Source: Candidatus Bathyarchaeota archaeon (GTDB lineage: Archaea > Thermoproteota > Bathyarchaeia > Bathyarchaeales > Bathycorpusculaceae). From it: a stretch of DNA of 64,000 bases. The notes beneath the pieces are model-generated. The model was given only the letters and a program-made list of their open reading frames with translations, did no database searches and was not told the DNA's origin. The translations under genes and the position numbers were made by a program. How positions within the stretch are numbered: position 1 is the first letter of the stretch; every line of letters begins with the position of its first letter. Positions 53,997 to 64,000 of the stretch are shown here, one piece after another. Location of the stretch: positions 74,419 through 138,418 of the forward strand of contig CAVRFW010000013.1 of assembly GCA_963720565.1 (NCBI GenBank). Direction: 5' to 3'.

Positions 53997-54442
53997 TTGA
54001 CAACAATAACGTGCCAATTACTAATAAGAGTTAGAGTTATCCAAGAGAGCCCCCTTTGAGCTCAGTTTGCTTGTAGCCGTCATCGTACTCCAAAGCATGC
54101 TTGATGTCACGTTTGTCTAAGGCATTTGATAGTTTTAATGCAAGCACGCTGTGTGGGTGTGCACGCACCAATCTATACGCACACTAGCGCGCGCTCTGTT
54201 CTGCGACTTAGCACGCGCTTCAGTATCTATCTTCTGCAAAATGTAGCATTCTCTTCAAGCGCGCTAATGTACAAAAAAGTTTATTAGAACCGCACAGCAT
54301 GTGTGTGTTGCTCTTAAAAATTGGAGACTATTTTTCGAGTTGGATGATCCAACATCAGGGGAACTGAAAAGTTTGAGAAGATTCCCATTCGAAAAGCGCA
54401 TTCACATGAATATCGTTTCGTAATTAAACTTGCGGGGGATAA

Positions 54443-57400
54443 ATGACTTTGACTGAACTTTCGAAAGAAGATACCCGTATATTATTGAAGACTTTCTTCA
54501 ACGAGAAAGGATTAGTTAGACAGCACCTCGACTCCTATAACGAGTTCATCGACCATGGCTTGCAGGAGGTAGTGGATGAGGTTGGCGAAATCAATATTGA
54601 AGTTCCTGAAAGTCCGTACAAGGTGAAGTTTGGACAGATCTGGGTGATAGATCCTCAATCGAGGATAACAGGGTCGTACGTGGCAGAAGTGGATGGCACT
54701 AAACACGAGATTTACCCCATGGAGGCCAGGCTCAGGAACCTTGCATACGCCGCGCCAGTGGCGCTTGAAATGACGCCCGTGATAAATGGGAGAGAGCAGG
54801 ACACTGAGCTTGTTTACATTGGAAAGATTCCTGTTATGCTCAAATCGAAACTTTGCTTTTTGGGGCAACTCTCGAAAGAAGAGCTCAGGGCTGCTGGGGA
54901 AGATCCCGACGATCAGGGCGGCTACTTCGTGGTCAACGGTTCTGAACGAGTAATAGTGGCTATGGAAGACCTGGCACCCAACCGCATACTTTGCGATATA
55001 GACGAGAAAGGAACTTCGCCTGTTTATCAGTCTAAAATATTCTCAACTACGGTGGGTTTCAGGGCAAGAATCGAGTTGAAATTGAAGCCTGACGATGCGA
55101 TATACGTTTCCATGCCAGGGGTGCCAACAGAAATTCCCCTCGTAGTTATTATGCGCGCGTTATCCGTGGAAAAAGACAAAGACATAGCTGAAGCCGTTTC
55201 ATTCGACCCAAATATCCAAACTGAATTGGGTTCGTCTTTTGAAAAAGCCCTCGGCGTAGATACCCCCAACGACGCCATACTATTCATCGGGAACCGCGTA
55301 GCCCATGGACAAGTTGAAGAATACCGCATTAAGAGGGCAGAGACATCTCTTGACAACAACTTTTTGCCGCATGTGGGCAGAAGCGAGAAAAACAGGAAAG
55401 ACAAAGCCATCTTCCTGGGCGAGATGGCCTGCAGAGCCATCCAACTTAAGCTCGGAAGGAGACAACCAGACCGATAAAGATCATTTCAGGAACAAACGTT
55501 TGAGATTGGCTGGTCCTCTCCTCGCAGACCTGTTTAGGGTAGCATTCAGAAACTTGACTCGCGACATGAAATACCAACTTGAACGCATAGGCGTGAAGGG
55601 TCCCGTACTATCTGTCTCCGTGGCGGTGCGTCAGGGAATAATTACGGACCGATTCCAGCATGCGTTGGCGACTGGGAACTGGGGAAGAGGCAGAATAGGC
55701 ATAACCCAACTCTTGGACCGGACAAACTACATTTCTACTCTTAGCCACTTGCGCAGGCTTCAGTCACCGTTAAGCAGAAGCCAACCCAACTTCGAAGCAC
55801 GAGACCTTCACTCCACTCATTGGGGTCGTTTATGTCCAAATGAAACACCTGAGGGATCAAACTGCGGTCTGGTCAAGAACTTAGCCTTGTCCGCATCGAT
55901 CTCCATAGGCGTGAACCCTGAAAAGATAAAGCAGCTTCTTTTCGAAATGGGTACTGTTCCAGCATACGAGGCTAATCAGACCTTAAAGGTTTCGGGAGCC
56001 AAAGTCTTCGTCGACGGAAACATTGTAGGCTACTGCAGCTCGGCTAATGAGCTTGTGAGAATCTTCAGAGAAAAAAGAAGAGCCGGGGAAATCTCGACAG
56101 AAGTCAACATAACCTACTTCTCGAAACTGCAGGCTGAGGCGGAAGAGCTCCACGCCAACTGCGATGAAGGAAGAGTGAGAAGACCGCTTATAATCATTGA
56201 AAACGGAATTTCAAAGCTCCAACCCGAACATCTTGAGAAAATAGCTTTGGGCGAGTGGACCTGGGAGGACCTAGTCAAAAATGGATTGATAGAGTATCTG
56301 GACGCGGAAGAAGAAGAAAATGCCTATGTGGTCGTATCACTCGAGGGCGCCACGCTCAAACACACGCATGCGGAAATTGCAGCATTCACGATTCTCGGAA
56401 TCTGCGCTTCAACAATTCCCTACCCTGAACACAACCAGTCACCACGCAACTCTTACCAATCTGCAATGGCTAAGCAAGCAATCGGCGTTTACGGAACAAA
56501 CTTCCACAACCGCGTGGACTCACGGTCGCACATTCTGCATTACTCACAAGCGCCGTTGGTTGAAACGGAACCAATGGAAGTAATGGGCTACAAACAACGA
56601 CCAACAGGACAAAACTGCGTAGTTGCCGTCTTGTCATTTGAAGGCTACAACATGGAAGACGCCATAATCTTCAACAAAGCATCGATAGAAAGAGGCCTAG
56701 GGCGTTCCACCTTTTACAGGATATATGAAGCTGAATGCCGCCAGTACTTGGGAGGACTCAAAGACAAATTCATCGTTCCAGAACCTGGGACACGCGGATA
56801 TCGAGGAGAACAATATTATCGGCTTCTGGAGCCAGACGGCATTATTGGCTTGGAATCCACAGTTGCCGGGGGAGACGTCTTAATAGGTCGAGTCAGCCCG
56901 CCAAGATTCCTCGAAGAATACAAAGAATTCGAAGTCAAGGGACCCTCAATGCGAGACACTTCAACAGACATGCGACCCTCAGAAAACGGCGTCGTAGACG
57001 CGATATTCATCACGACATCTGGGGAAGGTAGCAAACTTGTCAAAGTTCGCGTCCGTGATCAACGCATTCCAGAATTAGGCGATAAATTTGCTTCACGACA
57101 TGGACAGAAAGGAGTAATAGGCTTAATCGTTCCTCAAGAAGATTTACCCTTTACAGAAGACGGCGTGGTTCCAGACTTAATAATTAACCCGCATGCAATC
57201 CCCTCAAGAATGACCATCGGCCAGTTCATCGAGTCACTCGCAGGGAAATGCGCGGCTGCAAGAGGCAAGCCAGTAGATGGCACAGCTTTCAGTAATGAAG
57301 GTCCAGATGAAGTACGCAAGAACCTCATAAAGCTGGGATTTAGCCATACTGGCGGCGAAGTATTTTACAGCGGCTCATCAGGAGAGAAATTTGTAGCTGA

Positions 57401-57815
57401 CGTCTTCGTAGGAATGGTTTACTATCAGAAACTTCACCACATGGTCGCCGACAAAATCCATGCTAGGGCTCGTGGACAAGTTCAAATGCTCACAAGGCAG
57501 CCAACTGAAGGTAGGGCTCGCGGTGGCGGTCTCAGATTCGGGGAAATGGAACGAGACTGCCTGATTGGACACGGCGCAGCTATGCTTCTAAGAGATAGGC
57601 TTCTTGAAGAGTCCGACAAATACACGCTTTGCATTTGCGAGAACTGCGGCCAGATTGCTTACTACGATATGAAGCAACGCAAGTACTTCTGTAAAATATG
57701 CGACGAGAAAGCCAAGGTTGCACAGGTAATAGTTTCGTATGCGTTTAAGCTTTTGTTGCAGGAGCTCCAGAGCTTATGCATTACACTTAAGATACGGCTT
57801 AAAGAGAGGGCTTAG
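54443..57815 (+). CDS. rpoB: DNA-directed RNA polymerase subunit B (unsplit Rpo2); +1 indel near 55471
   Basis: LVRQHLDSYN, GGYFVVNGSERV, CPNETPEG.NCGLVKNLA, NQSPRN.YQSAM.KQ, GYNMEDA, GDKFASRHGQKG, RFGEMERDC. Confidence 0.96.
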
Positions 57816-58105
57816 ACTGACTGAGGAACTAATCAAAGGTAGTTGACGCACGCGCTAGTGAAAAAGAAAGTATAGTTCCATCTTAGGAAATGTTTCAGGA
57901 TTGCGTGTTGAACATGGGACTGGAAATCATCATGTCCGCTGTCGCCCTGTTGCAAGCCGTCGGTATATTGTACAGGACAGCGCGCGCGGGTTCCTGTTAC
58001 GTTCCATATTTGGGTGAACCATTCGTCACGCTCTTTCTTTGTGAAGGCCCTGATAAGGCTGAATCGCCGTCAGCGTAAATTGACGTTTATCTGTCCCTTC
58101 CGGAA

Positions 58106-60274
58106 TTACACTACAAAAGGTGCAGGCTTCGGTAGCCTTCGAACCTGATTCATGAAGCTCCTGTACCAATTCTCAATTTCTGGCGATATGCTCGGCGGAA
58201 CCTCCTCCATAGCTTTCTCAAAATCGCTGAAGGTAACCTCTTTTGCGTTGATGTCTCTTCTCAAAGCGTTCATGGCGGCCTCCCTGCATACGGAGGATAT
58301 ATCGGCGCCGGAGTAACCTTTCGTCATGCGATGCTCCTTAATGTCTACATCATTTGATAGTGGCATGTTCTTCGTATGAATCTTAAAGATTTCAAGCCTG
58401 GCAGCTTCGTCGGGTTCTGGAACATAGATTAGCCGATCGAATCTGCCTGGCCTTAATGCAGCTGAGTCGACGATATCGGGCCTATTTGTCGCAGCTATAA
58501 CTATGATGTCTTCTAAGGGTATTATTCCATCCATTTCTGTTAAAAGCTGGCTGATGACGCGTTCAGTTACGCCGCTGTCGCCGTAACCCAGCCCCCTCCT
58601 TGGAACAAGAGAGTCAACCTCATCGAAGAATATGACCGCTGGCGAAGCCATTCTAGCCTTCCTGAAGACCTCTCGAATAGCCTTTTCAGACTCCCCAACC
58701 CACTTAGAGAAAACCTCCGGACCCTTAATCGAAATGAAGTTTGCCTCGCTCTCAGTTGCAACAGCCCTAGCCAGCATTGTCTTCCCACACCCGGGCGGGC
58801 CTATTAACAGTATACCCTTAGGCGGCTGAATCCCCAATCTCTTGAAGACTTCAGGATTTTTCAGTGGCCACTCAACAGCCTCCTTTAACTTTTCTTTAAC
58901 CTCCTCCAAGCCTCCCACTTCATCCCAATGAACAACCGGAACTTCCACAGCAACCTCCCTCATAGCTGTAGGCGTAATCTCCTTGAAGGCGTTCATGAAA
59001 TCATCCATCCGAACCTCCATCTTCTCCAGGACGAAGGGAGGTATTCGCTCTTCCTTCAGATTTATCTCGGGAAGATACCTACGTAGAGCTTTCATAGCTG
59101 CCTCTCTACACAAGGCGGCCAAGTCAGCACCCGTGTAACCGTGCGTCCGCTCAGCAAGCACCTTTAAGTCAGCATCACGGGCTAAGGGCATACCTCTGCT
59201 GTGAATCAACAATATTTCATGACGCCCCCGCTTGTCTGGGATCCCTATCTCTATCTCGCGATCAAACCTTCCAGGCCTCCTGAGAGCTGGATCCAAGGCA
59301 TTCGGCCTGTTTGTTGCACCTATTACTACGACATTTCCTCTACCAGTCAATCCGTCCATGAGAGATAGAAGCTGAGCGACAACCCTTTTCTCCACTTCAC
59401 CTGTAACCTCCTCACGTTTGGGTGCGATGGAGTCCAGCTCGTCTATGAGTATGATGCTCGGAGCGTTCTGATGAGCCTGTTGAAATATTTCTCGAAGCTT
59501 CGCCTCCGACTCCCCATAGAACTTACTTATTATCTCAGGCCCGTTTATTGAGGAGAAGTTTGCATCAGACTCATTCGCTACTGCTCTAGCTAGGAGTGTC
59601 TTTCCGCAGCCGGGTGGACCGAGCAGTAGAACCCCTTTCGGAGGATCTATTCCAAGCGTCTGGAAAATCTCGGGATGCCGCATTGGAAGTTCAACCATCT
59701 CCCTTATTCTTTGAATCTCCTCCTCCAAGCCTCCTAAGTCCTCATAGGTAGTACGCGGCACACTTTCAGCTTCCGCAACAGGGTCAGTCAATATCTGCAA
59801 TCTAGTATCGTGGGTCATCTTGACTATTCCTTGGGGCTGCATCTTCGCAACAGTGAACTGAACAGGATGACCAAGCATCATAACGAGCGTCTTGTCTCCC
59901 TCAACAAACGTCCTATCCATAAGTCTGTTCTTCACAAAATTTGCAAAGTCTTCGTCAACGTTCAATCGCGTATCCACTGGAGCAAGCACTATGCTCATAG
60001 CATTTTTAACTTCAGCCTTGCGAACTGCAACGTACTCGTTTATTGATACGCCGGCATTTTTACGTAAGAACCCATCGATTCGCATAACGTTTGGATCCTG
60101 GTCTTCAGAGTACGCTGGCCAAGCGATCGCCGACGTTTTTTTCTTCCCTGAGAACTCTATTACGTCTCCAGATGAAACCCCTAACTTTTGCATTGTTCTC
60201 TGGTCTATTCTAGCGATTCCTCTTGCCACATCTCTCTGTCTGGAATCCAGAACTTTCAGCTGAACTTCGCTCAA
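58106..60274 (-). CDS. cdc48: CDC48/VAT AAA+ ATPase
   Basis: N domain (RGIARID, MRIDG) and two AAA modules: [23 protein letters not shown]. Confidence 0.95.
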   Translation of the reverse strand: MSEVQLKVLDSRQRDVARGIARIDQRTMQKLGVSSGDVIEFSGKKKTSAIAWPAYSEDQDPNVMRIDGFLRKNAGVSINEYVAVRKAEVKNAMSIVLAPVDTRLNVDEDFANFVKNRLMDRTFVEGDKTLVMMLGHPVQFTVAKMQPQGIVKMTHDTRLQILTDPVAEAESVPRTTYEDLGGLEEEIQRIREMVELPMRHPEIFQTLGIDPPKGVLLLGPPGCGKTLLARAVANESDANFSSINGPEIISKFYGESEAKLREIFQQAHQNAPSIILIDELDSIAPKREEVTGEVEKRVVAQLLSLMDGLTGRGNVVVIGATNRPNALDPALRRPGRFDREIEIGIPDKRGRHEILLIHSRGMPLARDADLKVLAERTHGYTGADLAALCREAAMKALRRYLPEINLKEERIPPFVLEKMEVRMDDFMNAFKEITPTAMREVAVEVPVVHWDEVGGLEEVKEKLKEAVEWPLKNPEVFKRLGIQPPKGILLIGPPGCGKTMLARAVATESEANFISIKGPEVFSKWVGESEKAIREVFRKARMASPAVIFFDEVDSLVPRRGLGYGDSGVTERVISQLLTEMDGIIPLEDIIVIAATNRPDIVDSAALRPGRFDRLIYVPEPDEAARLEIFKIHTKNMPLSNDVDIKEHRMTKGYSGADISSVCREAAMNALRRDINAKEVTFSDFEKAMEEVPPSISPEIENWYRSFMNQVRRLPKPAPFVV

Positions 60275-60615
60275 TCTTCAACGCTCCATTAAACATATTT
60301 CTGATAGAAGCATCAGAATCCTTTTTCCCCTAATCTTTCTCGTGGGCGGAAAACGCGCGCGTCTCGAACTCATAAGATTTGTCAGCTGAAATTCTACTGC
60401 CATAACTAGCGCGTGCTAGGACCTAATAGGGCGATATCTCCCGCAAACACTAGACTTAATCGGGGTTTCGCAACAAATGATGTACGCAGGCAAGTATTTA
60501 GGACTTCTTCAGTTGATAGACGAACTTCTTCTTTCTCACAGGCTTCTCGCTGATAACGACTCCGAGCGGCGAAAGATTGTGTTCAGGGGGTACGGTTCGG
60601 CGCACAAAAGCTAAG

Positions 60616-60852
60616 TTAAACTTGGGGGATAACCAGCAAGGTTAGAGTTGCACGTACATTGGGAATCATCCTTATTTTGTAAGTAATGATGTGCGTGAGT
60701 TTGTCCATGGTTTCTGCTTTCACCTTTGCCACAATATCGTAGACTCCGTACACCATTTCAGCTTCTTCCATGCCCTCAATTGCTTTTACTTTGTTCAACG
60801 CCTCTTGCAACGCCGCAGGTTCAGTGTTTATGAAGACAAAGGCTGACTCCAT
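60616..60852 (-). CDS. stand-alone Lrp/AsnC ligand-binding (RAM) domain
   Basis: AFVFINTE..., VYGVYDIVAKVKAETMDKL..I...IR....V..TLTL; SD GAGGTGA. Confidence 0.85.
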   Translation of the reverse strand: MESAFVFINTEPAALQEALNKVKAIEGMEEAEMVYGVYDIVAKVKAETMDKLTHIITYKIRMIPNVRATLTLLVIPQV

Positions 60853-61208
60853 TTTTTCACCTCTTTTGCTTATTTTTTCCCTCAACTGTTTCTTAGATTC
60901 ACAGACAGGCAAACGGACACACGCCGTTTAGCGCGGTACTCGGCAATTGTCAACAATGACGGGGCGAGGTTAGTACGAACCGTCACTATTTGTTCATCTG
61001 CCTGTCTTTTGTGCTTCCTCACAATTTCTTATTTTCTGGATGAGTTGCTTTCCAGACATTCTCGACCATTTCCGTTAAGACTGTCGTTGGGTCTTTGCCT
61101 GTGCACAGCAAACAGAACTTCTCCCAAACTTCCTTCGACACATCTACTTGTATTTGCATTATCTCACCTCTCTTCGCTTTTCTTTCGTGTTCCTCGTGGC
61201 GCGCGCGC

Positions 61209-61742
61209 TCACAGGTAAATGTTTAGTGCTTTGCTTTTTTGCATAATTCTAATCACGATTGCACACACTATCATGCTTGGTATGAGGTAGGTTCCGTTGT
61301 AGATTGCCGAGTAGACCACGGGATTCATTCCAGCGGGTGTATAATCGGCAAAGTAAACTATGCCTGAAACGAAATGGCTCATGAAACGTCCCGTGACGCC
61401 CACAACAACGCCGATGACTGGGTACTTCGGAAACAGACCTGCGAGTCCAAGAACTGCAAAAGCTAAAGGATAATCCAATATCAACTGAAAAGGATTAACA
61501 ATGAAAGCTCCGATTGCGAGGTCAACTACTCCGAATACCGCGCCTCCGAAGACACCTATTTTCCATCCTCTCCTAAGCGCCAGCCAAATGATCGGAACCA
61601 TTCCGAGATTGATAGAGCCTCCTTGTTGTAGTCTGAAAAAGCTATGGCTGATGAGGCTTAAGGCTCCTGCCAACGCCACTAAAACTATTATCTCTGCGAG
61701 TGTCTTGGTTGATAAAAACGGTTTTTGGATTGATTGGTTCAC
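61209..61742 (-). CDS. thiT: ECF-type thiamine transporter S component
   Basis: QGGSI..MVPI..ALRRG..G, Q.ILDYPLAF..LGLAG, RFMSHFVSGIVYF..Y.P.GMNP..YS.IYN. Confidence 0.9.
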   Translation of the reverse strand: MNQSIQKPFLSTKTLAEIIVLVALAGALSLISHSFFRLQQGGSINLGMVPIIWLALRRGWKIGVFGGAVFGVVDLAIGAFIVNPFQLILDYPLAFAVLGLAGLFPKYPVIGVVVGVTGRFMSHFVSGIVYFADYTPAGMNPVVYSAIYNGTYLIPSMIVCAIVIRIMQKSKALNIYL

Positions 61743-61748
61743 TGTTTT

Positions 61749-61845
61749 TTCCCTCCGCCAGTATTACCTGGTTCAGGTTCATTGGGTCGACGGCACCTTT
61801 CAGCCGTCCTCTCAGCCAGGTCGCGCAGTCCCAGCTCCCCGTTAA
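61749..61845 (-). ncRNA. TPP riboswitch
   Basis: Minus strand GGGGAGC...GCUGAGAGGACGGC..GCCGUCGACCCAAUGAACCUGAACCAGGUAAUACUGGCGGAGGGA fits the THI-box consensus, directly upstream of thiT. Confidence 0.92.
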
Positions 61846-62382
61846 CCTTGAATTAGAATATGTTATTCAGGCGTATTAGTTTTCCTATCCTCCTCCACCT
61901 TCAATCAGCACTCATCTTTTCCTACTCCTTCAACTGGAACGCGAATTGCTTCCACCGCTGACATACGTATGATACTTGACGTTAAAGACGATCTATAGGT
62001 TAAAACCTACGATGCTGATTTTGTACCCCAGGTTAGAGAGCATGCGCGTTGCCCTTTGAGAACTACGGCTTGCCTCTATCGATGAATTGTCACGTTAGCC
62101 TTGCTCCTGCCTAACCCTTTCCCCAAAGCAAGGCTCATTTCCCAGTCTCCCAGGCGACGTTTTTCGTCGTCGTCGACGCGCGCGCTATGAGATGGATGGG
62201 CAACAGGTGGAAGACCCGAGAAGGTAATTGTGTACTGTATTATTGAGCACTATTACTCTATTTCTGCAGTGGACGTTTTTGTTGCATTATTTTTGCGCTG
62301 ACTTGACTTCGCGCACGGGGCTGAAAAGGGCTCTGGATGGGAAAAAACACAGTAATTCCAAAGCGCGCTAGGAAACGAAAAA

Positions 62383-62700
62383 TCAATAGAGAATAGGCAC
62401 AGCGTTTCTGGCTTCTTCAACTATGGGCAACACTTGCTCGAGTTCTCTGAAGTACTTCAAGACTGTAATGCCCCTTTGTGTAATGGCGTAGACAACGCGT
62501 CTCTTTCCTACAGTTCTCTCTTCCACGAGGCCTTGCTTGATCAGGAAATCCAGATATTCTTCGAGCACGCTACAGTTGACGTTGGCTTTGTACATCACGT
62601 GAGTAAGTTTCAGCGGACCTCTCTGAGACAGTACCCTGAGGATGTCAACATACATTTCAAGTTTGGAGCGTCGCATATTGGATTCTTCTTTTTTAGGCAA
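62383..62700 (-). CDS. winged-helix DNA-binding protein
   Basis: RRSKLEMYVDIL..LKLTHVMYKANVN..L.EYLDFLIKQGLV..YAITQRG. Confidence 0.85.
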   Translation of the reverse strand: MPKKEESNMRRSKLEMYVDILRVLSQRGPLKLTHVMYKANVNCSVLEEYLDFLIKQGLVEERTVGKRRVVYAITQRGITVLKYFRELEQVLPIVEEARNAVPILY

Positions 62701-62905
62701 ATGTCAACAAGGCGTATTAACGATTTATGGATTTGGAATCCATGGCTTTCGCAACGCCTAGCAAAGAATTCGAGGGTTACTGACAATTCTTGGCACAGAT
62801 TCAATTCAATTCCATATAATCTGTCTTACAACATTTGAAGTTTTCTTCTCAATTTTGGAAAGAAAATAGCGCGCATGGTTGTTCCGAAATTTGGTCAAAA
62901 ATGAT

Positions 62906-63285
62906 TTATTCCCTGCTTCTATGCACCTGAGGACAGTACTGAAAGCTGCAGACTGTACTAGATTCTTTACAGTATCCGCCCTTCTCGAACCTGCACAAGT
63001 GTTTCAGTCGACTAAACGGCAAATGCACAAGCTCCATATACGGGTCTGAGAGGGCAACAGAAACCTGTTTCCTTAGCTTGGGCGGAATAGCGTAGGTGTA
63101 CTTTGGCCTTCCAGGCTCGTCAAGGGGAGACTTCTCCCGCACTAGAAAGCCCCCTTTTTCAGCAGTTTTTTGAGGTGTAGCTTGAGCGTGTTGTGAGAAA
63201 AACCCGCCTCGTCTAGAAGCTGGGTGAAAAGTTTAGGGTTTCCATCCTTGAGAACCGTGAGAATGCGCTCATCAAATACGTCCAT
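62906..63285 (-). CDS. HTH protein with C-terminal Cys cluster (frameshift near 63150)
   Basis: MDVFDERILTVLKDG..FSHNTLKLHL joined to GRPKYTY...LCRFEKGGYCK...CSFQYCP. Confidence 0.7.
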
Positions 63286-63462
63286 GGCTATTTGTATATT
63301 GGAACGGATTTAAAACCATTTTTAGCCATTTTTAGGAACAAGCACGCGCGCTACGTTAGTTTTTTTATGTTAAAGGCGTAATGTTCTATTCATGCCCAAT
63401 TATTCCAAGAAACCAATACTAACAGCTAATGATGAAGAATACACAATGCTAATTGAAGATCA

Positions 63463-64000
63463 GTGAAGAATTTCGAGAAACAAAAAATCGACAAAACAGC
63501 TCGGGAGAAATCTGGAAATGCAACGGAAATAGTCATACGCAATCACCTCTTAAGAAGAAACCTTAATCTTTCAATGAATCCAAACGTCACAATTCAAGGA
63601 TCTAAGATCAAAAATGATCTGCTACTTTTAAAGAACGGCGTAAACCCAAATCAAAAAACCTTCCCGTTTGACAACGTGAAAATGGTAATAGAGATTAAGA
63701 ACAACGCAGATCGGCGGCAAAACTATGGAAAACGGAAAGCGGGAAGACCCTAACAAGGTGCATACGCGCTGATTCAATGATCTTGAAGGAACTACTAATG
63801 TGAGGAATTTCGCTATTATCGTTCTTTCTGAAACGCTATTTCCACCCAGAACTCCTTACAAATGGCGATTTAAAGAAGAAGTTATAGGAAAAGAAAACTG
63901 CAAAGTCTTTACCTTAGTTGCCCGTCAGCTGTATCCTCCTGGGGGACTCTATATCAAGTCCAACATAGTGGAAATGCTTCAAAAGGAGCAGATGAAAAAA
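63463..64000 (+). CDS. hypothetical protein, possible PD-(D/E)XK nuclease; frameshifted and partial
   Basis: SGNATE...KNDLLLL...VIEIKNN pattern; coding-like sequence continues in another frame to the window end. Confidence 0.4.

Noticed and set aside
54443..57815. rpoB split into B''/B' as in Euryarchaeota
   Set aside because: The break (~aa 343, cca gac c gat aaa) is one extra base inside the conserved DDKDH motif, not the natural split point
58320..58345. Short in-frame deletion in CDC48 D2 ([10 protein letters not shown])
   Set aside because: Most likely a local sequencing error given the indel rate
667..62838. Numerous short antisense or overlapping ORFs in the six-frame track
   Set aside because: They are shadows of well-supported genes and have no motifs
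1484..63753. About 20 frameshifts (PQQ protein, mfnA, mfnD, MFS, mrfA/B, rpoB and others) as programmed frameshifting or mass pseudogenisation
   Set aside because: They are scattered single-base indels in otherwise motif-intact genes with no shared slippery site. Long-read consensus error is the simplest explanation; polishing would settle it.

Overview
Archaeal chromosomal window, most likely Bathyarchaeia or a related TACK lineage. This is inferred from the unsplit Rpo2, TBP, aRF1, pelota, archaeal RNase P RNA, methanofuran genes and the typical PQQ-propeller and C-terminally anchored surface proteins. Many genes, including rpoB, carry single-base frameshifts that look like long-read indel errors. 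The left part holds a C1-cofactor region (moaA, a citG-like gene, three paralogous Pol-beta nucleotidyltransferases, a HisA-like gene, mfnB-A-D-F-E) followed by housekeeping genes (pelota, TBP, TtuA, AK6, rnpB). A ~5.7 kb degenerate integrative island sits in the 3' end of rnpB, marked by a 30/32-bp att duplication. The middle part has aRF1, transporters, small ORFs, an aSelBL-like factor, tyrS and tRNA-His with an integrase remnant. The right part has an MrfB/MrfA-like pair, osmC-cupin, rio2, a solitary rpoB outside the usual rpo operon, cdc48, and thiT under a TPP riboswitch. From 47.6 to 63.4 kb nearly every transcription unit is bounded by an intergenic alternating (CG)n run. The best candidates for undescribed biology are the CitG plus triple nucleotidyltransferase module, the (CG)n-bounded unit architecture that includes the orphan rpoB, and the rnpB-targeting element.
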